The position numbers and the translations under genes were made by a program. Source: Sphagnum compactum (taxonomy: Eukaryota). From it: 64,000 nt of DNA. The notes under the pieces are model-generated. The model saw only the letters and a program-made list of their open reading frames with translations, searched no databases and was not told the origin of the DNA. Where the stretch lies: positions 6,138,001 to 6,202,000 of the forward strand of contig OZ234493.1 in the NCBI GenBank assembly GCA_965153455.1, in the 5' to 3' direction. Positions 1 through 13,073 of this stretch are shown here, piece by piece. The first letter of the stretch is position 1; each line of letters begins with the position of its first letter.

Positions 1-254
1 CTTTGCATTTTCCACTCCGATTCTTTAACCCGTTGATCCCCCCCTCGTTCCCCTGTTATATATAATTAACTTCTCGCCCCGTGCTGGCCCCCCCCCCCCG
101 CCCGTGCTGGCCCCCCGTTACCAAGCCCTGTCATAGAAAATGCATTGTCCGGTTCTGTCATAGAAAATGCAGAGGCCGGTTCTACAATAGAATTGCAGCA
201 GAATTGTCGTGTCAGACAAACGCACGGACAGACTTACTGAATTAATATAGTAGA
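1..254 (-). mobile_element. 5' end of a non-autonomous Helitron-like element running off the left edge of the window
   Basis: Minus strand reads A|TCTACTATATTAATTCAGTAAGTCTGTC, a 5'-TC after A. This is nearly identical to the 5' end at 49639 (A|TCTTATATATTAATTCACTAAGTCTGTC). The internal CCCGTGCTGGCCC repeats at ~77-117 resemble the reverse complement of the GGGCACGGG repeats in that element. Confidence 0.65.
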
Positions 255-3200
255 TATTATCATGGACATGAAAAGACATATGTTAATTTGCCTTTTCATA
301 TCCATGTTGGAGGGTAGGAAAAGGAGGTACTATTAGGGAAATAGTGAGATAGTTAGTAGGAAAGGAGGTAGTTATTAAGAAAAATGTAAGGTAGTTAGGC
401 TTCGAAGTGAGGTAGTTGCTATTGGAATTGTCTTTGAAATTGTCTAGCAATACCCATACAAATGATTATGCAAAATTAATTGTCCAAGGATGACCATACA
501 AAAAAACTATTCAAAATTTTCTATATACCAATTACTTGAAATTTTTTGCCATTGAAAATTTAAAATTAATGGTACATTTTTTCTCACACAAAAGGGGAGT
601 CCAATCTTTCATGAATGTAAAGCTTTTAGTTTTCAAGTTTTTTAATAATAATTATAAGTTGTGACTTTGGTGAATCTTAGTACTCAAGTGATGTTGTAAA
701 GACTATAATTTCCATGGGTGTTTTGTAATAAGTCTGCACTTTGGTACTTAGAAAATGTTACTAATTTTGAATTATTCATAGTGAAAAAATAAATGTTTAG
801 AAAGATGTCCGTGACAAACTTCTAGAAAGGGACCAAGAAAGGTCACAAATGTCACACATAATTGTTATGTAAAATTTTGCATTCAAAATATAATGATGTA
901 AGTTTTATGTTCATAGCAAACTTTTCAACACTATTTTCACAAAAAAGTTTCCAAAATATTGTACCAAATGACATTTGTCAAAAATTGGAAAATGGTGTTA
1001 CATTTGCCTAAACTTGCAAACATCAAATCATGTAAGTAAACTTAGGAGGTAAGTCCAATTCCTACAATCCAATTTTTCTAAAATATTCATATAGTCCCAA
1101 GAATTATCTAGAAACAAATACTACTAATTGTCACCTAGGCTTGGTGATAAAATTTCAAATGCAAAGTTGTCATAGGCATCACAAAAAATATCAAGTTATG
1201 TCAATTGTCTATCCAATTACATAATCAAAAAAATTGAAAAGATGATAAGGAACCTTTTTGGCTGGCAAAATTTGAAAAACTTAACAATTGGACTTAAATT
1301 GTAGTGTCCTCACTTTAATCATCCATGAAATTAGGGTGCAAGCAAGATATTTTGTACATATTTGTTACCTTTGTTTTCTTATTTGAAAATGCAAAAAAAA
1401 AGAATTTCTCAAACTTATGATTTTTCTCTGGCATTTCAAAACAAGTGAAATTTTTAAATTTTTTTATAGGCATCTCTAACTTCCCCCTAATTTTTCAAAG
1501 CAACTTGTGTCATATCATTTGGACTTGAAAAAATACCTCAAAAGTATCCCCAACAAATGGTCATTTTTTAAAGGTTGGGGATAATTTTAGTTACGAAACC
1601 AAATTCGATTAACCTAAAATATTATATTATAATGTTCATCACATCAATATTGAGGTGGTTGCAAAAGAAATCAAATACTTGCAAAAACATTTCATCTATT
1701 TTCTAGTACTTCAACTTTATTTTTCAAACTGCCACAAATTTTAGGTCCAATTCAAGTACTTGCAAGTAGTTTTTAAAAACATGATTATAACAATTTAACT
1801 TTAGAAGTCCATGCAAACAAGAGTTAAGAAATAATGTACCCCAAGAAAATATTATTATCCCCATAAAATTATCTACTTGTTAGTCTTTTTATTTAAGGAC
1901 CCCAATATTTTTTGTATATTTTACCATGTTTTCAACCATTAGATTTATGGTGAAAAGATTCACCTTTATTACATCTATTTAGGTTTTTGTTGTGGCATCC
2001 AACAAAAAATTGATAGTAACATGACAAAATTTTAAGAGCCTACCCAATTAGTATAATTTCACAAAATGTGGAATGTCCATCACCATTTGCACCATTTTTT
2101 ATTTCATTTTTATAGTATTAAGCCTTAGATTGTATAATGTATTGGCAATAAATGAATGGACTAAAAATCTAAAATCATTTATACTTCCTACACATTCACA
2201 AAAGATGAGGAGAGCCTTGTGTATGGATAGATGTCTAAGTTGTACATGTCAAGAATGTAAATATATTTTGCAACCCACCACTTTAAAACATATAATTAGA
2301 TAACACTTAAATAGAGATTAATATTGTTAAATGATGAAAAACAAGTTGATAGTGTTACACCTTTCACAACTTTGATTTCCTTAATACGGAAGTTTTAATT
2401 GGAAAATTCTATCACTAATCAAATTTATACAACATTATAGTTGAAAACTAATTTGCTTTCATTTGTTTGGAACAAATGTTCCTGGATGTCCATGGCAAAC
2501 TTCTAAGATGGACTAACTTGAAAGGTCACAAATGTCACACATAAATTTGTTCTATAATTTCACATTCATGAACATCCTAATGCAATCCATTTCAAGTGAT
2601 TTTAAGAAGGTTTTAGATTACTTTTTAAGGACTAGACTTTACGAAATCTACTAGTCATTAAGCCTTCAAAATAAGGTAATTGTTTATTTACCCAAAACCT
2701 AGTTGTAAAATGTGTGATATAATCTTGATGAAATCAAGGGTGGATGATCAATCTTTGAGAGATTGATGGGACATGCAAATGACATACAAAACAATTGACC
2801 ATACCCCTAAAGATGTGATAGATTTGAATGATTCTAAAACTTTAAACACTAAAGAACATTCATACCATGTTTATATGATTCCAATGACGATAGTTGCATG
2901 TTCATGCCAACTGTTTATGTGCTTCAACATAATGATGCCTCTTAAGACATGTAAACCAATTTGCTTTGAACCTATGAATGCAAGAGAACAAGATCAATCA
3001 ATTGTTAATAATTTTGCACAAAGCCATTGACACCCACCATGGTGAAAAATCCTAACACAACCAATTTAATAAACAAAGTTTTTTAAAAAAATTAATTGGA
3101 AGCATTAAAGTGAAACAAATTTATTCATATGCTAAAAAAAACATGACAAAGGCTATTGAAAAGGGTAGCCATATGTGACATAGTTAGTTGACCACATAAT

Positions 3201-4729
3201 TGTAGTGAACTTGATTGAAGAAAAAAAAATCAAGAACTTGAGAATTGATATGGAGAAACAAGTTGAATATCTACATTAATAGAAAAATGCAAGATGATAA
3301 TGATCCACAACCAAACATGATAAATGCCATTGATGGGTTCAAACAATGTATTGAACAAGTGGTATTTGTAAGAAACAAAGGTGATACTAGCAACAATGTT
3401 CATGTGTTGCATGACAAAGTAATCAACAACATACAATTATCAACTACACCTACAACAAAAAGACATCTAGATAGGTGAAAGAACTATTGGACGTTATAAA
3501 AGAATAATTACCAATGTTATGTACCAGCAAAATGTAAAATGTGGGAAATTTTTATTCATAAACAAAATGAATCAAAAAATGTGTATGAAGAAATAATCTT
3601 TACACATTGTCATAACCTTTTTTTTGAGGTTGTGACAAAAACAAAAAAAAATGTGTATCAAGTTGAAGAAAAAGTTGAAAACTAATTGCATGAGAATTAT
3701 CCATGGGACTTCAAACAAAGTCCCATAGTGTTGATCACAACATTGATTTTATTTTATTTTATGGGGGGAATGTCACAACCTTAATTTGGGTGCACAATCA
3801 GCTTTCACAATGGGCAACAAAGTGGCCTTCCTTGAAAAGAAATTCAAAGCTTTCAAATTAGGATTTGGCCCATAAAAAAAGGTCAAGATTTGAGCAAATG
3901 TAAGAGGATGAAAATGCACTCTCACATGAAATGGAAATGTATAAAGTGAAGTGTGTGAGAGTTCAAGGGAAACATTCTTAAGACTCCCAAATTGAACTTT
4001 TATTTTAAGAGTTAAGAATATTAAGGTGTCCTTAAATTTTAACTCGAAGTTTGGGAGATGAAACATTGCCCAAATTGCCCCTTTTAAAACCATTGCAAAG
4101 GTCTTGAAAAGTAATAAAACATTGGATATAATTCCTAAACTTATGATCACCATTTGAAAATTTAAGACAAAAATTGTAAATGTCCCACACATTTAGAATG
4201 CAATTTGGAGGGGAAAATCATGTTCAAACTACTGGCTTGATACAACATTAAACTATAATTTCAAGGGTTATAATATAATGGGGTTGCATGTCTAATGTGG
4301 ATGCATCATGAAGGAGTTATAATTGTTTGAAAGGGTGGGACAAGTTTTGTCCCAATATTGGGAATTCGTCCTAGGAGTCACAAGATTGTTTCCACTTTCA
4401 TGTAGTTCCCATTGCCATGTACAAAATATATTATAAAAAGGATAATGATGATTCTTCCCCCAAGTCTAGGCAATGGTAAATGTTATGAATGTGAATTGCC
4501 CATGGTTTATGAAGATAGTGTCACGACCTTAACTTGGTATAGTGCATATAAGTGTGCTATAGACCAAGATACCTAGAATTAGCTCCCTCCCTCAATTTGA
4601 AACTCCCTTTTGTTGTATAACAAGTTTATAATAAATAGTTCATTATGAAATACATCTAGTAGGAATGTGACATGTAAATTAAACTTTTTGACTAGCTTTC
4701 AAAATGTCTTATTTTTGGTGTAAATTTTT

Positions 4730-5183
4730 TAATAATGATAAACCTCCTTTGTTTATGCTTCATGTAGTGCAAAACATCTATAGTATATCAGGTTTCCCCT
4801 CTTCTTTATAAGACATCATGATCCAAGAAATCAAAGGTATCTTTCATTGCCAATTATAGAAGGAGGATTAACACTAATACATTTAATATGAGGAAATAGA
4901 TGACATGGTATATATATTGCATGTTTGTATAATGTTGACCTTCCCATCATTCTACAATCATCGACAATACATAGGAAAAAATAAAATCAATGAAACATTT
5001 GTTACAATCAACTACTATCAAATAAATCATGCTACAACCACTTACTTTTCTAAAGTATTGATCTTTAGCAAAGGGCCTTGAAGGATTCATAATAGAAACA
5101 AGTGTTCCATTGATGACACCTTGTATAAAAGTAAATTGCACCAACTCTTGAATTATGCCATCATTATTTGCATCTTGTTGCAA
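4730..5183 (-). pseudogene. Decayed PIF/Harbinger (DDE_Tnp_4-like) transposase relic
   Basis: Translation IQGVINGTLVSI...YFRKVSGCSMIYLIVVDCNKCFIDF resembles the Harbinger GAIDGTHI...RKG..S...Q.VVD...F.D block. The DNA near 4810-4850 (reverse complement ATACCTTTGATTTCTTGGATCATGATG) matches the copy at ~51262-51290. Confidence 0.65.
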
Positions 5184-8100
5184 ACAATCTAAATTTTGTT
5201 TTGAAGAACAAATTGAAATAAAAACATTTAGAAGGTGCTACGAGACAATAAGATGCAACTTGAAATAATGACAATGTCATGACAAAACTTGGCAAATGAC
5301 TTGAAAGAGATGCAAAACCCAATGTGAAGGAAAAAGGGAAGTTGTGTGCATGCAATATAAAATGAACAATTTGATTACCTTGGTAACCCTAAAAAAAGTA
5401 GGATGAATGTAAATTTAAAATAACAATAAACCTCATCATAAAATTGTTGTAAATTAATTTTTTTAAATTTAATGATCAAAGATTATATATTTTCCATTAA
5501 TGTGCATTATTTTCCAAAATGTGCATTGTTTCAATAGGTTTTTCTAAATGCAAGTAGGGTAAATTGGCCAATGACTCAAAGCTTAGTGTTTCACTCATCA
5601 AGCTTTTGCTCAATATAATTACTTTTTATTTTGGGTTTAAGATGAAATGTAGGTCATTAGATTCTGCACACATTAGCTTTAAAATTGTTTAATTTGGTTT
5701 TAAAATGAGAAAGATATGCTTACACAAAGTTGGGGTGGTAAAAATTGTGAAAAAAATTGCATCAAACACATGGCAATCCATGGGGAATTTGTTTTCCACC
5801 TATCAGCAAATAATAATACCTTAACTACCAAACAATACCTACCTCCATCACTGAGATGAATGAAGAATCCACTAATCAAAATCCTCAAAATTATCGTTTA
5901 GTTTTAAACAAAGGGTGGAAATTTAATTTTGTTTGAAGGTTTGTAAATCTATAACAATAGGTGTATGCACTCCCATTCACCAACAAATTCACAAACGATC
6001 TTCAAAAATTGTGGGTGCCACTCTTCTGTTTTTTCATAATGTGCAAATGTAATATACATTTTTTTTCCTTACCCATATTTTTCCCAAGCTTGGTCAGTTA
6101 TTTGTAGTGTGCTATTGCCAACAATCTAGAACAAAAGCTTTTCATTATGACCTCACCAATACAAAAAAATCAAACAATAACAAAACACATGTTTGAATAA
6201 CTATCCAGGTTGCAATCTATATGAATGTTTTTAAACTAAACCATTTGTACTAGCACAATTGGATTTTCATGTAAGTGAAATATGCGATGGCCTAAAAAAA
6301 ATGCAAAAAAGAACTTGAGTTTTCTTACATGGTTTAGATGTGCACTGATGATGATGATAGGTGCAAGCATATTGCAATTTGTTCCCTTAACAGTTGCCCT
6401 TTCTATAAATTACATGGATCAATTCATGTCCTGCCACCATCTACCGATAAGGTAAAATATGTTTTATCCATTGTTGCGTGGTCTCTTTTCTATATGACAA
6501 AGTAGGGAATGCACACCTACTTTTGTCCTTAAAGGTTTTGCCTGCATGGAGTTTTTATGCCATTGTTTGATTGTTTTTGCAACAAGGCAAAGTTTGGATG
6601 CTTTAGCTTTTTTTAATTGCCCGTATGTCTATGGTTGCCAAAATGGAAGAAATAGAAGTTCCCATCCTCCTTGACTTGCAAGTTGAATTTTATACCATTT
6701 TTTAGGTTTATTGAAAAAGGTTTTGTTTTTATTAGCAAATTATAATGCAATGTGGCTATAGGAGTTCTACACTTGCAAATCAAGGAACTTCTGCTTGTAT
6801 GGGATTATGTTTACAATTTTTAGTTAAACAAATGTGGGATTGCCATATCACTTGACTCACTACTTATAGGTGATTACCATTTTTGTGTGTGTGTTGTGAA
6901 TGGAATGACTTGTCAATGTCATATAAATGTTACATGAACTAACCACGAGATTTAAAAAGGGAAACACCCTTAATTAGAGGTTCTACATTTAGTATTGTCT
7001 TTTGTGCAATAAACAATGTGCATGATAATGGCAAATGCGATTATTCCAATATTAAATCTCTATATGAAGAAGGGGTTTCCACTACCTGTTTTTGCAACAA
7101 TTGACCTCTAGAATGTAGATGCTAGATATGATGATGTTTACATCCTTATTTACAGTGATGTGTACTACAAAGGTGGATACATCAAACCCTTTATTGAACC
7201 TTTACGGGAATTATCATCTACTATACTTTTGTAAAATGGTTTTTTTGAGTGAAATATAAGTGTCATGAAGAAAGGAAATGTGTTATTTCTTGTTGGAAGA
7301 AACAAAGAAAGCATAGGGGCATGGGATGGATAAAACATCAAATTCTAGAAGATCAAGAAGGACCTTTTATGTTCCATAATGTGTTGAAAGTATGCTTGGA
7401 AATTTCTTAGAAAAACATGATATTAATCTTCCCATCCATCTAAGGATTTTGTAGTTTATTAGTATTCTATTCCATCTCATTATGTTGTTTATGTTCATTT
7501 GATCATGTTGGTGGTGATTCTTTGGTGTTCTTGGTCACTAAGCTCTTTTGGAGTTCCTTTATTCCTATGATTCATTCATGTGAAGGTAATATCCTTGTTG
7601 GTTGGTGGCTTTGTGCTATTTGGTAACATTTTGCCTAGTGTTGAACCTCACGTTAAGAGATTGTTCCACATCCAAGATTCATGCCCATGTATTTGTATGG
7701 ATTTGTTTGCATGCTCGTGTGAAAAATCTAATGAAACTTATTACCCATTTCCTTCACAATTTTTGGAGATTAGGGTGTAGCAAACTGTGCTCTAGTTCAT
7801 TTCTCAACTTATCTTTGAACTATTCAATCCACTGCAGACCCCACATTTGCTGCTTTTTTCAATCTCTTCTCTTCCCTTTCCTTTCATTTATATTATTTGA
7901 TTTCCTTTATAGCTACCTTGTCCATGGCCTTTTTTCTGCATGATATATAAGTACCAATCAGATATTAGTACATGGGATTAGGAGTAATCAATTAATGGTT
8001 TTTTTTCCTTTTGTTTGTCTTATAGGTAAACAAGGCAATGAAAACAAGTTGTGCATAGACATGGATCCCTGTGTTAGAGTTGGTGGAGAAAACATAATTT

Positions 8101-8349
8101 CTTGCAACACATCAGGGCTGTCATGTATGTTTACAACATTGAACTCCTTTGGCTACTCTTTAATGTTAATAGGGTTACAAGGGATGTTTACATAATAACA
8201 TCGGTCATGTTCAAAATTGTTAGGAAGATTTTTAGTTGTTGATTGAGAAACCATTTCACCTATATGCAAAAGTTTTATAGATGTACATTTTTCTCCCCAA
8301 TCTTGATTCCGATCAACTTCATCATTTGTTGTGTTGGCTTCACTTCCTT

Positions 8350-9500
8350 GATCATTGACTAGCTATGTAGTGTATATTTGTGAAGGTTGAGTCTTGCTAT
8401 CCATTGCTTTGGGATTGAAAGGCCATATATAAATGGCCCTAAATATAGACTAGGTTTTTTTTGTTAGTGATTGCTCCAAAGCTTGATCTACCCACCCAAC
8501 CAATGTTATTTTATCTAGTTCCATATGATTGTTTCTAAACATGGCTAAATCTCTAACCTTTCTGAATGTTGTTTTGAATGGCTTGAAATAAGATACATGG
8601 AGAGCATGTGATGCGTGGGATTGTAGGGTGATCATGTTTAAGCCCATTTCTTGTGCTTGTGATATTGCTTTTAAGGTAACATGATTGCCATGCCCATCTA
8701 GAATTAGCAAGTGTCTATTGTTGAAGGAAACTCCACCTATAACAAATTTCTTAAAAAGAAAGAGGAACTCCTTGAACAAGAAAGAAATCATCCAAGCTTT
8801 TTTTTGCATTGTCATGCAAGTCCATGGTTTGTAGAGTTTATTGTAGTCATCCCACAAATTTTCTCCTATGAAGATGTAGAATCTTAGTAGAATAAATCAT
8901 GTAGCATTCATTGCATAATTTATAATTAACCATTCTTGCAACTTGGGGATGTACTATAAACAACATTTGACCCTTTTTTAGCCATAACCCTTATTCCTAC
9001 CTTTTTGCCACCTTGAATTCCATACATGATCTAGAACACAATTATGTTGATTGTATAATTCTTGTAGGTTAGTGTAGAAAAATTTGCAAGTATTAAGTGT
9101 TAATCCCTATGCTTTATAGACCTCCAATCCTTTTGCTTGGCAAATGTTTAACTTTAGATGCATGTGCTTGAACTAGTACCACCAACTGTTACCTAATATC
9201 CCATCTTGAAACGGTGTAAGCCTTGTTTGTGTCAACTCTGCAACCTTCATCTTCAATTGCTATAGATTATTGGATAGTTCGCATTTTTGCATAGCTAAGG
9301 TCCACTTAATCATTTTAACATTATCTTTTGTTGGGAACACACCTCTTGGCCCCATCTTTTTAGATATGGTTTTTCCATTCAAGTGGAAAACAAACTTAAA
9401 GGAGTGTTCCATGCTCTATTAACCCTTTTTAATGAATGTGTCCCTCTTTCAACAACATCCATTGTTGTTTTTAGTGCGTCATTTGTCCACATACCTTTTT
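8350..9500 (-). pseudogene. Decayed pogo/Tigger-type (Tc1-mariner superfamily) transposase: psq-like HTH, CENP-B-like HTH and DDE_1
   Basis: Minus-strand fragments read WTNDALKTTMDVVERGTHSLKRVNRAWNTPL (psq-like HTH), QLKMKVAELTQTRLTPFQDGILGNSWWY (CENP-B-like HTH) and RHLLILDGHGNHVT...FKPFK (DDE_1). Multiple stops and frameshifts. Confidence 0.85.
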
Positions 9501-11234
9501 TTTACATGTTGCAAATGTTCGATTCAACTGAATTATTGGTCTTTTGTTATTTGATGCAGGTTAAGGGGGTAGATTTTCCTTATTTGTTGAGTGTAGGTCC
9601 AACATGCTTCTTCACCACCTTTGAAGCATAATTAAGTTCATGGTTGGCTTTTTCTTGGTCCCAACCTCCATGAATTCAGTGATGTAAATTTTGGCCCAAT
9701 CAAAAGTATGCCTTTCTTTTTTTTGTACACAACTTAAGAATAAAAAAAAAGCAGTAAGTTTGGAAATTGGGTTAATGCATGTTCTAATAAATGTATAAAA
9801 GAGTACATGAGAGTGTAGAGATCTACAAAGTCCTCCCAAACTAATCAACATCTTCTATTGTTGTGCAGGTTGTCGGACGAAATCTATAAGAATGATTTAT
9901 GTAACCAAGTTGATCCCTTGTTATCTTGAATATTTGTGATCTAACATTTTGGACTACAAATCGTTGAATCCAATGACAATTTAAATAATTTTTGAATCTC
10001 TAATTGTAAATATAATCTATGATATATGTCTTTGGACATTCTTCTACTATGATATTCATATCTAGTTTCTATGGATCTATTTGCTCCTTTACATGTTGTA
10101 TGCTAATTTTCAAATTTTATTTTTGCATAATTACTTGCTCTTCTACATGGTCTATTTTGATATTCAAATATGATTTTTGCAAAACTATTTGTGGAGTTGG
10201 TGCTTCCCTTTCTACTTGTTCTATTTTGATTTTGAGATATGGTTTCTACAAACTTTCCTTCAAACCTGGTTTTTGCAAGAAGAGTTTCAAATTTGACCTA
10301 TCTTCCTTTACTTTCATTGGCAAATTTATATAAATCAAGAACTTTGAACATAGTTGCAATTGTTCTTTTACTTCAGCTCTTAGAGATGACATACTTAGAA
10401 AATATTGAAAGATCAAACTAGTGTTTTGATTTCAATTTATGTATAAACTTGATTTTGCACTAATGTTTTTTGAAAGGAATTATAAATGTTTCAATATAGG
10501 AGGAATCTAAAATAAATTTTCCTTTGGAGGATTAATCAATGGAGTTTTTTTGGATTTGATGACTTGTTGATTTTTGGGCATATGTTTTTGTTAGGATTCA
10601 AGTTATATTTATAAGTAGTTGCATGCCCTTTAAATGTGATAGACAAACTTCCATAACCAAACATTTTTTTTACATTTTCCGTTATTGCTTTTGTGAAACC
10701 AACCCTAATCCAACCATTGGCTTAAAATGCCATATATTTTGCCCTTAATTTATTTCAAAATACACCTATAAACAAACATTCCATACTTGACAATAATATT
10801 AACCATTCCTTTATTTGCAGTTTAATGCTTTAGGTCGTGCTATTACTTTTCCATGACCAAATGGATCACATACATAATGACATTCATTTGAATTAAACAT
10901 ACCAACCACTCTTGCCCTTCAAAATCACACACTAAATCAATATTCCATGTCAATAACTAAAAATAACCGTTTTTTAAAAATATTGGATGTTTGGTCATAA
11001 AAACATTTAAAAATGTTAATAGCTTCACCCATGGTTGTTCACGGATGTCAAGTTGACATGTTAGGGTGTTTGATTATTGGGCTTTGTTTGATGGGGGCAT
11101 TTTTACCCTAGTTGTGAAACTTTTTTTTCATAGCACAAACTTTTGTGTGTTGAAAGTATGTTTTAACATAAAGAAAATAATTTTTAAAATGATGCCCTTA
11201 ATATATAATGATTTTTATATTTCAACTTAACACA

Positions 11235-11784
11235 TCTATTTATGAAGGAAGGTAGTTTGTTTGTTTTGTAATTATGAGATTCACTGAACCAGGATGCTTC
11301 AGATCGTGTCCTTGGCGTCTGTGGAAAGCTCTCGACAAGGCGGGGTGCATGGGCTTGGTTCCATGGCATTTGGACTTGTGCAAACGTTCTTAAATATTGA
11401 ATGATTTTTTCACTGAAAATTAAATTAAATCATAGATAAAAATTTCAGAGGAATTGGAATGTGCCTTTGGTGATCTTGGATAGATCTTCATGAGCAAGAT
11501 TTAATGGAATTTATTTGGTAAGATTTGGATTCAAAATGTGGGAGATATTGATTTTTAAGCGATTTTTGCCACTGAAAATTCAAATAAATTCCAAAAAACC
11601 AGGTTTTGGAAGGGAAAATCAGTTGACAACGTGCTAACACTTGAAAGCTTCCCATTCAATTCAAGCATGATTTCCTTTCATATTTGGTTGTTCAAAAAAT
11701 TGATACATACGTTGCAAAACAATGTTTACATGTTGAGTTTCCCTATTTTGTAATGGGTTCACACTTGAGCCTCGGTCACACTAG
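11235..11784 (+). mobile_element. Non-autonomous Helitron-like element (550 bp)
   Basis: Starts A|TCTATTTATGAAGGAAGGTAGTTTGTTTG and ends ...CACACTAG|T, so it sits between A and T. A subterminal hairpin GGTTCA-CACT-TGAGCC lies about 10 nt before the CTAG. Confidence 0.7.
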
Positions 11785-12459
11785 TATCTATTTCATTAAG
11801 TTTGTAATGTAAAAATAAGTTTAAACACCATATTAACTAGTCAATTTCGAATGTAATTATTATTCATTTTCTATTTATGTTAATTTTTTTCAAACTTTGT
11901 ATTCATTATTTATCATAGAACTCAATGGAGGACATAATGATTTTGTAATAAAATATAAATAGATTTTGAATTTATAAGTTTTTATGTTTATTATAAAAAA
12001 ATCTCATTTTAAAACTTGATTTTGAAATGTCACCTTCTTGGGTCTACTTTACCATGCCCTCATCCAATAAAATGGAATGGTGGTGATGTGGAGTTTCACC
12101 AAAAAGGAACATTGTGCAAAGTTCCCTTCCATGCATGATGTGAATGTATGACAATGTTAAAGGTGATGATGTTCATCATATCATGTAACTTTGTGTGATG
12201 TGTGGTTGTATGGTGGTAATGATTAGTGACAATAGTGTTAGGGTTCATGTCAAATCCCCTATGGAAATTTTAATGATAAACTATTTTAACATTACACCAA
12301 TGTGGCATGTGTGGTCGAACACATTGTGTTATTGAATGGAATTGTGAAAAGGCAAATGGTCCACCTTTTAAAACCTAAATCTGAAATAAACTTTCATTAA
12401 AATGTTAATTTTTGGTATTTATTGAATTTATAATGAAAATACTACTCAAAATTCAATAT

Positions 12460-12790
12460 CTCTTGCATATTAAGTCTAAAAATTATGAAATCAAATGTCT
12501 ATGGAACATTTTCCATAGTAACACAAGTGTGCCCCAAATGTTTTAAACTTTTGAGTTTTGATTTCATTGAGATTTCAATGAAAATGTTGTTGAATATTCA
12601 ATAATTCTTGCTTGCAATATGCTTATACATTATGAAACCATGTCAATGCATATATATTCATCAAGTGTTTTTAAATGAAACTAAGAGTGCAAAAGTGAGG
12701 GGATGGGGATGATGTGATTTGGGAGATCTCAACATGACAAAACAAAATAACACAAACAAAACAAACAAATTACGTTCTTTATGTTGGAAA
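12460..12790 (-). repeat. Degenerate relative of the 11235 Helitron-like family (5' part)
   Basis: Reverse complement ATAAAGAACGTAATTTGTTTGTTTTG...GTTGAGATCTCCC resembles ATGAAGGAAGGTAGTTTGTTTGTTTTG...ATGAGATTC at 11240-11285. Boundaries are approximate. Confidence 0.4.
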
Positions 12791-13073
12791 TTGACAATAA
12801 AACAATGGGAGAATAGACATGGGAAAAACAAAAAATTATTATGAACTTTCCACCCAATTGTAATATCACACAAATTGTTACAAACTTTATGATATGCCTT
12901 GAGTTTCAACCTATTCTTAAATAATAGTTAAACATCACATGTACACCTTAATATCACATGGACAAAGTCATCATCATCCCATCCACATATTACCCTCCAC
13001 AACTTTCAAGGTGAACATCATATGCAATGAGATATTTTAATAGTACTAACTATTATATTATGTATATTTAATA

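Noticed and set aside
255-4560. AT-rich region with an internal duplication (~805-890 vs ~2485-2570), short ORFs and TGTCAC(A/G)ACC LTR-like starts at ~3771 and ~4519
   Set aside because: Probably old TE debris, but I could not establish termini, TSDs or protein motifs.
5700-7450. Possible decayed PIF1-like Helitron helicase on the minus strand (IVAKTGSG near 7075-7100, LVNGS near 5975)
   Set aside because: Only isolated weak motifs; I could not reconstruct a coherent frame. BLASTx would be needed.
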